In this document: positions 25,057 to 37,559 of the stretch, piece by piece
How the letters are laid out: each line of letters starts with the position of its first letter
Numbering within the stretch: the stretch's first letter is position 1
Assembly: GCA_002633005.1 (NCBI GenBank)
Contig: NMRA01001009.1
Location: 7,449-71,448 of the forward strand
Length of the DNA: 64,000 nucleotides
Reading direction: 5' to 3'
Source of the DNA: Phoronis australis
Lineage: Eukaryota > Animalia > Phoronida
Notes under the pieces: generated by a model
Databases searched by the model: none
Told to the model about the DNA's origin: nothing
The model's input: the letters and a program-made list of their open reading frames with translations, nothing else
Made by a program: the position numbers and the translations under genes

Positions 25057-25230
25057 CTTGCCTGGTATTTAACCTGCCAAAGTTCAAACAACACTTGCCT
25101 GGTGTTTAACCTGCCAAAGTTCAAACAACACTTGCCTGGTGTTTAACCTGCCAAAGTTCAAACAACACTTGTCTGGTGGACCTGCCAAAGGTCAAACAAC
25201 TCTGGCCTGGTGTTTGACCTGTCAAAGATC
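25057..25230. repeat. 37-bp tandem repeat, about 4.5 copies
   Basis: cttgcctggtgtttaacctgccaaagttcaaacaaca at 25057, 25094, 25131 and 25168. Confidence 0.9.
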
Positions 25231-26478
25231 ATAAGGTCATCATATTGATATGCTGCACTGTTATCCATACTGTTATTTTTCACCAATTCATGATGCAACG
25301 GAAAAATTTGAAAAATTCATTTTCGGATAAATCAAGTTTACCATCTTTAATTTTTGTACCATAGCTACCATCAGACAATGTTCGGAGCAATTGAGGGTTA
25401 AATTTGGCAATTTTTTTATCTAAAATTGTGTGAAATTTACCATTATAGACTTCGTGGTTACCAAGTTTTTATTTTCTACTAGACAGATATCCACTGACTC
25501 CAGTTGTCACAAATCTCATTTCAAACATGTTGTGATCAATAATTTTTTCTTTTCACATTGATGCTAGATTGGTTTATTTCTGGCAAACTAGTTATGCGTA
25601 AGTCTATGTTTACTTTTGTACTCCTATGTCTTACTATTAAGTTTTTGAGTTTCTGTTGGAGTTTGCTCCTTTTCGTTCTATTTGAAATCCTCAAGTTTAT
25701 GTAACTAATGATATTTTTCACTATTTTGCAATATACAGTCATGTAGTACTACTGCTTAGTTTGTGTTGACCTTGACCTTGCAGTCTCGTTTCTCAAATGT
25801 GCTAATTACATATCTGAAATATTAAATTGGTTTTAAGATTATGTAGGACCTTACAAAAATGTCCATATCTGACTTCCTTTGGAACATCCAATCTGCAACA
25901 TGGCTGTGTTCATATGAAAACTTTCAGATATTATGCATCATGCACTGTTCTCTAAAATTTTAGTTATTACTCTAAAAATGTTCCCCCTTTTGCTTGAGAC
26001 ATATCAAACATAGGACTTTTATGATTTTTTGGAGAAATTCAAAAGTTGCTACTTGATAATCCAGTAACAGCATTTTTGAAATTTTGTCAGCCTAATGTCA
26101 AAATTTTGTATGAAGTTCGTGGAAAAGCTATTCAGCTATCTCTTGGTCAGCTAGTAGTTTGTGTGGTTTCTAATGAATGTCAGTTTTTGAACCACACCCA
26201 AGTATATGCAGGTCTAGTACTTTTCTTTTGAATTTGCTTTATGGTGCTTCACTTGCCTGTTTCCTTGCAAAGTAGTGTCAGTCGTTGAAGGGTTACAACT
26301 CTTTGGCTAACTTTGTACCATCATTTAGAGTGTTTTTGATGGTTCATCTTGGGCATTAATATCAAACCAAATTCGGATCATACTGTGATTGTACTTTTCT
26401 TTTTCATAGATTTTACTAAAAGGGCGCAATCGTGTTTCCCAATATATGGCAGATTGATGAAAAGTTCAATTTCTACAG

Positions 26479-27524
26479 CAGGCCTTCATGCAGCGTACGT
26501 CCTGGGCATTCATTTGGATGCCCTAGCACTAATCTGGACGCCCTGGCAAGGACGCCCAATGTATCATTTGGACGCCCACTGTCAATCGTACCTTTCAAGT
26601 TTGGACACACACATTGTAATGATTACTAGGAAGCCTAGACATATACCGTAGTTGAAAGGTGAAGTGAGCTCACAGTGGGGGTTCTGTATAGATGTACATA
26701 TGAAGTATATATAATGTTGCCATGTTCATATTTGGTTGAGCATACATTTCATGCATTACCAGAATTGGTTGTCAAAGTTCTTTCTACTGCTGGCCATGCT
26801 CCCAGTGGTTTTAGCTCCACAGGGCATTACACAATGTGTGTGTGTGTGTGCGTGTGTGGGCTTCATACCTTAGTGCAACTCCAAACTGGTGTTTCAGAGC
26901 TGTAACTTCATGATTTTCATCTTTTTTTTTAAAACATCAAAAGCGAAATAAATGTCATTATTTTAATACAGTGTTGTGCCACAAGAATATGCCCATTTAA
27001 TTGTTTTGAGTTTGCGCTCATTTCAATGTGCGTTTTAACGTTTTAATATTGAACGGCAGTGACACCTCTTGCCAAAATATAAATCACGCATCATATGTGT
27101 ATTTTTCTTGTTTTGTAACTGCAGCTCTGAAGACTCATTTTACACAATATTAAAGCAAATTAAAATGATATGACAAACTTATAACATCAATTTGAGTTGA
27201 GATCACCAAAAACATAGTGCACACATCGTTTAACCAATATCTCTAATATTTCTTTGGTAAGCTACTTGGCTGATTTCATCAATTCAGATGTAAAAGTCTG
27301 AGTCTATGCATTTTTTTGTAAAAAAGCTCACTACAGAAGGCCATTTTGTAAATTTAGATGTAAAAACCTTGGTCACTACACATTTTTTGTAAAAAAAATC
27401 CGTGTATGGGGGGTTGCTGGTGAACGGTCCTGGGGTGGGGGTTTACGCATCGGAATCAAGGATGCCCTAGAATATCGGGAACCCATTTTGGACACCCTAT
27501 TTTCGAAATCCTGGATAAAGGCTG
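26479..27524 (-). mobile_element. Second copy of the same hAT MITE, inverted, with extra internal sequence
   Basis: 26479-26635 and 27290-27524 are reverse-complement matches to 11320-11529 and 10982-11210. Confidence 0.85.
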
Positions 27525-27788
27525 TTACCTTTCTACTATCAGAAAATATATATACTTTTATTGAGTTAACATATTTAGTAATTTGTAGATATTTTGCTAA
27601 GTACAAAGACTTGTCAGTAAGATCATGCATAATCCTAACCGAGATTCAACATGTTGAGTTGTATACAACTATTTACTGGTCACAGCCACCAACTTACATT
27701 GGTGCAGTTTCTGTAATGTTCTCTTACTCATCTCCGATAACTATCATCTTCCTCCACATCTACAGCATGGTTTCTACCTCTCCTGTTG

Positions 27789-28076
27789 GTGTCTGTACTT
27801 CCTGTGTCATGTTTTGCAGAGTGTGTTTACTAATCACCTCTCACAACCACCAACTTGCACGTGTCTACAGTTTCTGTATGATGTTTTGCAGAGTGTGTTT
27901 ACTAATCACCTCTCACAACCACCAACTTGCACGTGTCTACAGTTTCTGTATGATGTTTTGCAGAGTGTGTTTACTAATCACCTCTCACAACCACCAACTT
28001 GCACGTGTCTACAGTTTCTGTGTCATGTTTTGCAGAGTGTGGTTACTACTCGCCTCCAGCCACCACCATCTTCCTC
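27789..28076 (+). repeat. 72-bp tandem array made from the 3' splice site plus exon 5' end
   Basis: atgttttgcag|agtgtg with AG ending at 27819, 27891, 27963 and 28035 (true acceptor); exact 72-nt spacing. Confidence 0.95.
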
Positions 28077-28166
28077 ATATTTCTCATCTTTGAGGGTCTT
28101 CTCTTTGGCATTTTCACGGCTATCATGTGCTGCACCCAACTACAGGCCATCTGTGAGGATGAAACA
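28036..28166 (+). CDS. ZDHHC3: ZDHHC3/7-like exon (TM4)
   Basis: ttttgcag|AG...ACA|gtaagt, 131 nt, encoding (E)CGYYSPPATTIFLIFLIFEGLLFGIFTAIMCCTQLQAICEDET. Confidence 0.96.
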
Positions 28167-28188
28167 GTAAGTTGAAGGCACTAAAGCA

Positions 28189-29057
28189 TTTTTATGCACC
28201 CACATATTTGTACGTGGGTGCATATTAGCGTCATCTCTGTCTTGGCGTCCGAGAGTCTGGTGTCCACAGCTGTACGCCCTCAACCCTCACAAAAACTTGA
28301 TGAGATTTGAAAGATGTGTGCTTATTGAGATAAAGACGAATTTTGGTCAGATCTGACTACCGGTGTGCCTCCTAGTGTCAATTTTATTTTTTTACGTTTA
28401 CCTCTGTCTGTATCTTCAAAGGATCTCAAAGGATTTTCATGATTTTTGGCACATAGGCATCAAATAGTGAGATGACGCTATCGTTTTGTTTTCAGATAGA
28501 TTTGAGGTATTTTGTGCCTCCTAGTGGCCATTTTTACTGATTTCGAGTATGGTTTTTGGTGTCAGCCCCTCTATCAACCAAACCATTCTAAGGATGATTG
28601 TGAAAATTGGCATATATGCTCTTAGTGTGAAGACAATGATTTACCGACGACTTCGACTTCTGTGGCGCCTCCTAGTGGCTGTTTTGTTAGTTTCGCCCAT
28701 AGTTGTATCTCCTAAAACCCATTTCATGATCTTTATTGAATTAAGCAAGTGCATTTATATGAAGTTGACAATGGCCAGTGATGACTTTCAGACAGATCCG
28801 ACGAAATCTGTTCACCCTAGTGGCAATTTTGTTTTTTTCCGTTTTCCTATATGCCTCAGAAGTTCCTTCATGGATTTTTATGAAATTGAATAAATAGCTT
28901 TCTATTAAAAAAATGATGACATGTTCCCGTTATTGGATGCATTTGACGTATTTTACGCCATCTAGTAGCTATTTTTATGATACAAATAAACACCCCTAGA
29001 AGCACACCATTTGCGGTGTATTCGTGGGTGCATTTCAATGCTCCGCGTTGCTTTTGT
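28189..29057 (+). mobile_element. Full-length HINE/DINE-like element starting 22 nt after an exon donor
   Basis: tgcacccac/gtgggtgca subterminal inverted repeat, cctagtggc core repeats, 3' gtgggtgca plus caatgctccgcgttg hairpin, T-run flanks. Confidence 0.8.
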
Positions 29058-29219
29058 TTTTTTTATTTTTGTGATCATTGTGAAGTAGGGTACTAGACTT
29101 CATTGCGCAGCTTTGTGAAACTGCCCAAAATCGGGACTTGACTATATTTAGGCTTTGTTTACACTCAAAATGATGTTTTATTTTTCTATCATTTTATATT
29201 GATTTTGAGCTCCTTGATT

Positions 29220-29410
29220 TTGGCACTTAGCACCATGATTTGACACTTACCTCCATAATTTGGGCACTTAGCACCATGATGTGGCCACTTAGCACCATGA
29301 TGTGGCCACTTAGCACCATGATTTGGGCATTTAGCACCATGATTTGGCCACTTAGCACCATGATTTGGGCATTTAGCACCATGATTTGGCCATTTAGCAC
29401 CATGATTTTA
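29220..29410. repeat. 21-bp tandem repeat (gcacttagcaccatgatttgg), about 9 copies
   Basis: Directly visible; explains the WPLSTMI/MVLSGQI ORFs. Confidence 0.95.
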
Positions 29411-29697
29411 ACACCTCCCATTAAGTGATGTAGTCTCAATACTAAGTGATTTTGAATCTTTATCTTGCATTTTATATTTCAAGACTTATTTTAGTTTGTA
29501 TTATGGTTTATAATTTTAGTTCAAAAGTGACATTACCCAATTAGAGTTAGAGCCATTGAATGTATTTTAAAAACTATTTGACAATCATTTGAAAAAATGA
29601 GATGCATACGCCGCTATTAAATACCAATTATTGTTAGTTTGTTAACGTAAAAACAATTGTACACAAAACACAAATTCATCATCCATGTTTCTGATAG

Positions 29698-29856
29698 GGA
29701 ATTGAATCGCTCAAGCAGGAAGAAGCATTGTGGGAGAAGAAGTCCAGGTGGATGAGCCTGAAGGCAGTGTTTGGACATCCCTTCTCTCTCAGCTGGTTCT
29801 CGCCTTTTTCCACGCCTGTATTTGGCAAGGCTCAATCATACCAGTACACTGTTTAG
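29698..29856 (+). CDS. ZDHHC3: ZDHHC3/7-like last coding exon
   Basis: ctgatag|GGA..., encoding [52 protein letters not shown], closely resembling the vertebrate ZDHHC3 C-terminus (KAVFGHPFS...YQYVV). TAG at 29854-29856. Confidence 0.96.
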   Translation, partial: GIESLKQEEALWEKKSRWMSLKAVFGHPFSLSWFSPFSTPVFGKAQSYQYTV

Positions 29857-30636
29857 ACCGTTTCAATCGTTAGGTTCCGCGTTGTGACCGCGACATCATT
29901 CAGGTTTCACGTCACATTGAAAAAAGGCGTGAACAGCAGACTCGTATCTGACTCTCGTTGGTTGTCCTTACTACTGTCCTTACTACTGTCCTTACTACTG
30001 ATAGTTTTTGTTCAAGACACATTTCTTCATCTGCTGGAGTCAAATGGAGAAGAGTGTCATTATTCTAGACTTAGTTGTCATTCATTTAGTTAATGTTGAC
30101 CCTGGGGATTGTATGCAGTGTTATCACGTTTTATACATTAATGGTTCTGAGATGAGTGTAGGAAGCTGGAGGGGGAGATTCTGTTGTGCATTTCTTGATG
30201 ACAAGTCATACAGTGGCTGACAAAAGTAACCAGCAGTGCGCTAATTCTGTTAACAGCAAAATAATAACTATTATACAGATGTAGCGTCTAAATTCTATTC
30301 AGAATGGCGTAGCCAACTTGCTCACCTATTAATTTCTTTGTCATCAGGGGAGACTACTCTGATGAAGAATTCATCTTCTGTCTAGCTGTCATGACTGAGA
30401 ATTCAGGGCCATTTTGTCTGAATACATTTGGTCTGTACTGTAAATGACTCCGTTTCCATTTACTGTGTGGTTCTCATTTGTCTTGGGAAGGCTGTGACTC
30501 AAATACAGGATGTACCAAAATGTACGCACACTTCAAATCACAATAATTGCATTTTTAGTGATTTAGGAATAAGTTTGCTGAGCAGGTTTAAATTCATAAA
30601 GAGGTGGTAATGAAAGGAATTAAGTCTTTAGTTCAA

Positions 30637-31898
30637 AATAAATCCACTGTTGATTAACTTGGGAAGATTTATTATCGTTATGCTTTCTTGACATTTTTAC
30701 ATTTCCAGTAGCACTGCGTGATAAATTATCGTTTTCCGAAACAAAGTCGTTTGTTAATTTGCCATTCCCATGTATACAGAGCACGTGATGACTCATGTAT
30801 CGCAAGGTGTAACAAGTCAGAGTTTGGTCCAAGGGAATTAAATTTGAACTCCCAGCGTTGTGACACTGTATTTTCAGTGCATGGGAAATGTTGAGTGCCA
30901 CATCAATAGGTAAAAAAACAGCCAAGTTCAGAGTAAGATAACATAACAAAACGGTTTATTAAGCCCATAATAACACCTGTGACCTCCATTCCAAAGACAG
31001 TGTATCCATAGAAACCTAATGTTAAATCGTGTCTGCTGGTCTAGGACTGGGTATAGGGCATCAAAGCTGGAACTTAGAGGTGTGACCACAGAATCGTTTC
31101 CACACTCATTAGCTTTAGGTTAATTCTGTTGTTTGGGCCAAATATTGACTTGATTATATTCTGTTCACACCTTTAATGAGAGACCAGTAGCATCACATCA
31201 ATGTTCTTCAATTTAGGAGTTCTGTTCAGTAAATATAATGAAAGAATATTTACCCTTAATATAACTCATTATGTCTCATGTAACCTTCACAGTTCCCATC
31301 ACTACATGTATGGTTACTAAGTTCTGGAACCATACCTGTAATCACATAATGTTACCATTGCAACTTTACACTTAACTGGCTAATTAATAAGCAAATTTCA
31401 AAAACCCAAAAGTTTGTTCAATGAGGAAAACTTGGTCAAATGGTTATTTCTTGTAGTTGTTATGATGTCTCTGAATAAATGGTTAATGCTTTTCCATACC
31501 AATAGGGCTGTCCTCGATTACAAAGCGGTAGAACTCTCCTTGGTCCCAGAGATAAAAAAGAGCATGACCTCGTTTTGGAAATCGGGCACATTTTCGTGTT
31601 TCTCATTGATGTTGGAAAGGGGAAGAATTTCAGATCATGCATTCACGGGTGCTTGACCGATGTTTTTTCCTGATTGTAGTTAACCCAGCGAGATTCGAGT
31701 GCAGCCTCGTCTCCAAGCCTCAATATGGTGCTGATCGGTTTACCTATTTGAGGCTTGGTTTTGAGAAATACCGTCTGGCATTGATTGGCCTTTACCTTGC
31801 TGTCTTTAAAACAAAGGCAGACTTTAATTATTTTCACAGGCATTGTTGCTGCTATTCTTGAAGCAGAAGGCATTGTTTTGGTTATTGTTTGAAATAAA
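30637..31898 (+). terminator. Candidate poly(A) signals of the ZDHHC 3' UTR
   Basis: AATAAA at 30637, 31474 and 31893 (the last followed by GT/T-rich sequence). Which one is used is unknown. Confidence 0.35.
31497..31645 (+). repeat. Dispersed repeat (second copy at 53363-53512)
   Basis: aataggg...gaactctcct...ggaaatcgggca...gaagaatttcagatc is shared by both sites. Confidence 0.85.
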
Positions 31899-34416
31899 GG
31901 TTGTTGGCGTAGGTATTTTCAATTCTTTTTTATTAATAATATCATAGAAATTAATCAGTTCTAGAATCAAAATACATTATTTTTTGCAATAATTTAGACC
32001 TAAATTGTTGCAATATACCGTTAGTTTTCATTTTCACTGTATACTGCAGAAAAATTCAAAGTTATATTACTCGTGATTTCCCTGCCATGATCGTAGAAAT
32101 GTGTCAGAATTCGGACACATTTCATTTCCCATAACCAAGCCATAACTAAACCGATAAGCACCATCTTGAGGCTTGGGTACTAGGCTAGGTTCCAATGTAT
32201 TTATGCAATCTTAGATGGCCCTAATACCAACCATGCTGCTGGTGTCAAGTTGTTGCATTGTGCACCTCAACACTAAAAGTGGAATTTGTTTTTGAGTATA
32301 CTAATGAACTTGTAATGTTTAAAGGGCTTTGTCTAAGTGAGAGACAAAGTTTTCTTTATACCCAATTTTCCCTAAAATTTCCTGTTTTTGAAGAAAGTTG
32401 TCAACATTTCCTATTTTTTCAATACCTGTCTAAATATCGTTCTAAAGTTTAGTGCCAGGCTATCCGAAAATTTGAAAATGAAAAACGGGCAATTTTTGGT
32501 AATTATTTCTGCTAGATACAATTGGCCTTTACAAACCTTGTATGAAAAATGTTTGTGCTATTGATTTTGAATTTGAAACGCTGGGATGCATCAAAACTCC
32601 CCCAGCTGTTCTGTTATTGGTTTTATTATACAGGGTGTAGTGATTTGGCCTTTCATTCACAGGTGTAACCTGGTATTTGGTTATGTCAAATATATAGTGA
32701 TAAACAGGTCCGCTTTCTTACTACTGGTCGTCATAGATTATGTTACTAACTTTGTTGTGGCTGATGTAGTGCATTTGTAACGGTAGGCGTTGAACGAGTG
32801 TCACCGTGTGCCTTGTCTTGGGTGAATTAGTGGCCGAGAACAATGTTATATTAAGAGTAGACCTCAGAGATGTTGCTTCATTTTACCCACATTCCACTGT
32901 GTTGTAGCCTTTTTGAATACTGACACGCGTGAATTTGATTAATATGCATGCGCGCACCCAGCCTTTAATATATGGGGGGCTCGAATGTCTGACGATGTGG
33001 AGCTTTTGCCGAGGAAAAAGCGGCGGGACTAAAAAAACGGAGTACCACCTTCAGAACGGTGAACTGTGCGTTTGCGCCTTTTTAGTGGACTTTTTGTCTC
33101 ATTTTCTCGGAGTTCTCGTTTCTCTGGGGCGGACGTTTTTGCCCGCTTCGCCAAATGGGGGTGCTCGTTCGAGCTGCCCCCCTCCCCTGGGTGCGCGCAT
33201 AATATGTTATGGTTTTACTATCTTTTTCGTCACACCAATGCCTTCACATTGGCTGCACTTAAATGGGTTTGCTGGTTCCGCCGGGTCAACCAACTAAGAC
33301 ATCTAATTGGTTCTTGATGACGACTTCGGATAAGTAAACCAATCAGATGCCTTACCTGGTTGACCTTGCGGAACCTACCATTACCAAGTGTTATGAACGG
33401 TTAGGCTTATTGACTTTAGCCTTGGTCGTCACAAGAATTCTTATTATTGCGTTCTGTTCAGACCCCTATTCAATACAATTCCCCTTTCGGCTTTTCGCTT
33501 TGTTTTGTGGTCTCGCGGTTACGCAATATGGCGCGAAAAGGCTGCTTCTCGTATTTTTTAAGGTGGATATGTGTGAGTGGTTAAATCTTATTTTGTTGCT
33601 GATGTACTGCTTGCACTGGTGTTAACTTTTATTAAACAAATGAGTTGAAAAGAACTTCATTCGTTGGCCGACGGTGCCAGGTTTCTCTTTATTGTTATAG
33701 CTATGTTTTAGCCGTACTGGCAAAACAATGGAGATGTTTGTTACAGTATACTCTTTTTCATATTAAAGTAACTCGGCGTTTGTTTACTTTAGCACTTGTA
33801 GCTAGGGGATGGAAGCCAACTCATACCTATGGGCGTACACCCATACCACACACCACAATAGCTTACCACACGCAAACAACCCTTTCAAGAGAGTCTGTAG
33901 TAGTTGCACCATACCTGACCACGCTAGTTTGACTTCGACAGGCTCAGCCAGACATTATATAAGAAAATTTGTGGCCACAGAAAGTTCGGATTTTAGTCAA
34001 TATTTTCCCTTTTTTCTCGTCTCTCTCGTCCGTGAAGGTCGCAGGAGACGAGAAATAAATGATAATCCACACGTGTCTCCTTGCATTGTCTAGTTCTCTA
34101 GGAGAACATGTATGGAATTAGTGAGGAGTTACTTGATGAATTAAGTGTGTGTTCGATGTAGACATGTGTAGAGACGTATGCTCAAACGACAAGGCGGTGT
34201 GTTCAGGTGTTTATTCATACTAAGATACTCTCACCACAGTGCTTTGCCCTAAAAGTTGCCTGTGGCAAGTGCCTAAGTGTGGTTGGAGTTCAAGTTCCGT
34301 GGTAATGCGTTTATAGTGCGTGGGTTAAAGGTGCGTGATCATAGAACTCTGGCCCTGGCATGTCAACCTGCACGTGACACACACATACACACACACACTC
34401 ACACACACACACACAC

Positions 34417-35457
34417 ATGATGGGCCGTTGGGGGGAAAGTGTCGCCGGAAAGATACGAGCGTAATTATGCACATTACGCCGTAGTTTACGTCGTTAATTA
34501 CGCCGTAAAATTACGAGCGTAATTTAATTCTTCACGGCGTAAAATTACGCTCGTAATTTACTAATTGTTTAAATTCTTAGCCAATGACGATCGATTTTAC
34601 AATTCAGGCTTGCGTGCGCTCATGTAAATACTTTACTGACGGGTTACATGTCTACGCTATGAGATCGAATCGCTGCTGCAGCTGCAATGTCAGCCATTGT
34701 GCAAGAACGAGCTGCCCAGGAACAATCGGGTATGTTTGATTAACACTAATTAGTTTAAATCTGAAACGTTCTTAAGGCATTTTACGAGCGTAATTTACGG
34801 CGACATTTCCCCCATTTAATTTACGGGCATGATTTTACTGCAACACTTGCAATTTAATTTACGTTCGTAATTACGAGCGTAATTTTACGGTGAAACTTAT
34901 CCCCATTTAATTTACTAACGTAATTGTACGGCGCACTCCTGCAATTTAATTCACGCTCGTAATTACGAGCATAATTTCACGGCGACACTTTCCTCTCAAC
35001 GGCCCACCATACATTACGCCGTTATTTACACTGTGAAATTACGAGCGTAATTTAGTAAAAACTCTTAGCCAATGGCGTTCGGTTTTATAACTCACGGTCG
35101 CGCGCGCTCCTGTAAATGCTTATTCGCTGACGGGTTATATGTCTACGCTACAAGCGCTGAATCGTAGTGGATGAAATCGCTGCAGCAATGTCAGCCATTG
35201 TGCAAGAACGAGCTGCCCATCAACAGTCGTGTATGTTAGGTCTAGGAACCTGGTTCCTAGGTTAGGTTAACACTGACTGGTTTAAATTTGGAACGTTCTT
35301 AAGGTATTTTACGAGTGAAATTTACGGCGACATTTCCCCCATTTAATTTACGGGCGTAATTTTACTGCAACACTTTTACAATTTAATTTACACTCGTAAT
35401 TACGAGTGTAATTTTACGGCGAAACTTTTCTCCATTTAATTAACGCTCGTAATTACA
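34417..35457. mobile_element. MITE with about 30-bp TIRs (34417-35010) plus a tandem partial duplicate (35012-35457)
   Basis: atgatgggccgttggggggaaagtgtcgccg ... cggcgacactttcctctcaacggcccaccat; many aattacgagcgtaatt subterminal palindromes; abuts a (CA)n tract. Confidence 0.85.
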
Positions 35458-35638
35458 ATTACTGTGTGTGACAATGAACACCTAATGCTGAGTACGTCGC
35501 GCAAAAGAAAATCCGTCCGTGCGTAACCGCACCTGATATACTACTTCCGCCCTACCCCACTTTTGCGGCCACTCAGCGTTTAAAAGTGACACAAGTTACC
35601 CTAGAACAAGTTACCCCACCTCGAGTATGTGGAGTAAA

Positions 35639-36137
35639 GCCCCGTCCACACACAGCCTACCCTAAAGCAAGTTGCACTAGTGCATGCAACTTACCCCCTA
35701 ACTGGAGCGTCCACACGCGCGCACACACACACAAACACACACACACACACTTTAACTGGAGCGTCTTCACACACACACGCACACACACGCACACACACAC
35801 ACACACACACACACTGATATTCGATAACTAGGGTAAGACGGAAGTTGTCGCTCTTTGCGTAACAATGAGCATCAATTGCAAGTATGGCGACGCGCCAAAA
35901 AAACTCGTCTGCACGTAACCGCAGCTGATAATTTCTTCCACCTTTTCCCCAGTTTTGCGCCCACACAGCAATTACAAGTGGCACAAGTTACCCTAGAACA
36001 AGTCACTTCACCTCAATAATGTGAAAGTGGAGGTAAGTTGCGCTAGTTTAGCGACCTGGCAGCATTCAACCCTAGCGACAACTTGTTCCAGGAGTAACTT
36101 GTTCTGGGTTAAGACTGAGTGCATGTGGACGGCGCTA
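35639..36137 (+). mobile_element. PIF/Harbinger-like MITE (partial copy at 35464-35625)
   Basis: TIR GCCCCGTCCACA ... TGTGGACGGCGC after TAA; aagttaccctagaac subrepeats; internal (CA)n. The superfamily call is tentative. Confidence 0.65.
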
Positions 36138-37194
36138 TAGACGAACCTATGCTGCGGATTGTAAAACGATCTGTCACTGAAAACAGAACCTTTTCATCGT
36201 TTGAGTGGCGAAAATTGGCTAACTGAAAAGAGGAAAGCTTGAAGACATACCACCATCTAAACTGGCAGTGGCCATCCCATAGGCTTTACGGAGAATTATG
36301 CCTCACACTGACTAAACCACCAAAGTCATTTTACTATAAATATCTTTTGCGCGTATTGAAACACGTTAGGATGATGTCTTTAATTCCTTCCAAGTACAAC
36401 AAATATTCCCACAATTTAACTTTTTTCGAACAGTCCTTCGTTCAGTTGCCCAACTCGACAACTGGTCATTTTTACACTGCTCGTGCTTGTGCAAAAAATC
36501 TCAACATTGCAGTGCGTCTGACCCCTCAGTGTTTACATACCGCCTTACACTGTAGGTTCCTGTTGAACGTGCCAACTTTAATAAACCAAATCAAACACGA
36601 CAAAGCGATAATGAAACCACATCTTGAAATGCTTAATAAAAAAGTTTGCAAATGGAAGATATACCTATTATTCCTCCAAATATACCGAATAAGAGATAAC
36701 CCTATGATTGAAACGGGACTTTGCTACCGTCTTGCGTTTGAAACGGGGTAATAAACCGACTGGGACTTTCAAAACCAACTTTTGATCTAGACCATGTGCT
36801 CCGTCGTAATAAAATCGGTTTCTTGTTCCCCGCTAATCGCTAGATAAGTCATTTCTCGACTTATTGGGAAATACAAAGTCGTTACTTCATCACGTCATGT
36901 GTGCATTCCATAGAGGCCACTCGCGAAAACGCAATTGCGAGATATCGCGAAGTCGTATTACAAGCGAAGGATATCATCACACTACCTTTCTTAGTCTGCC
37001 AAACTCTACCCAGGTCAATTTCAGGCGCTAAAGTAGTCCGCGCCGGATCAGAAGGTCTGGGCGGTTCATATTAGCCAGAACGCCATAGGCCTATGACGTT
37101 GCTTTGAAAGGGCGAATACGCCTGTGAAGGAGGTTGTTTTCTTAACACCGGTTTCTTGAAAAATGACACGTGAGCCAGCCAGAAATTTTAACTT

Positions 37195-37559
37195 TCTACC
37201 CTAGAACTAGTTACTCCTGGAAAGTGGCGTCGCAAGGTTTGAGTGTTGTCTGGACGCTGTTTAAACTAACACAACTTATCCCACTACTGTGGTGTAACTT
37301 ATTCTAGGGTAACTTGTGCCACTGGTAATCGCTATACGTGTGGCCGCAAAAGTGGCGGAAATAATTATCAGCTGCGGTTGCATACTGACGAGTTTTCCTT
37401 TGCGCGCCGTAGTCGCATCAGGTGTTCATTGTCACGCACAGAGCGACAACTTCCGCCTTACTCTAGTTATCGGATATGTGTGTGGTGTGTGTTAGTGGAC
37501 GCTCCTCATGGGTAAGTTGTGCAAGTTGTTCCAGGGTGGGCTGTGTGTGGACGGGACTT
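37195..37559 (-). mobile_element. Inverted copy of the same MITE family
   Basis: Reverse-complement match to 35640-36110 (e.g. ctagggtaacttgtgccact, agagcgacaacttccg, tgtgtggacggg). Confidence 0.8.

Noticed and set aside
27488-28170. 201-aa and 118-aa ORFs
   Set aside because: Wrong frames, produced by the MITE end plus the 72-bp array; the true exon uses the third frame.
36239-36751. 170-aa ORF
   Set aside because: Non-ATG start, no recognisable domain, no splice support.
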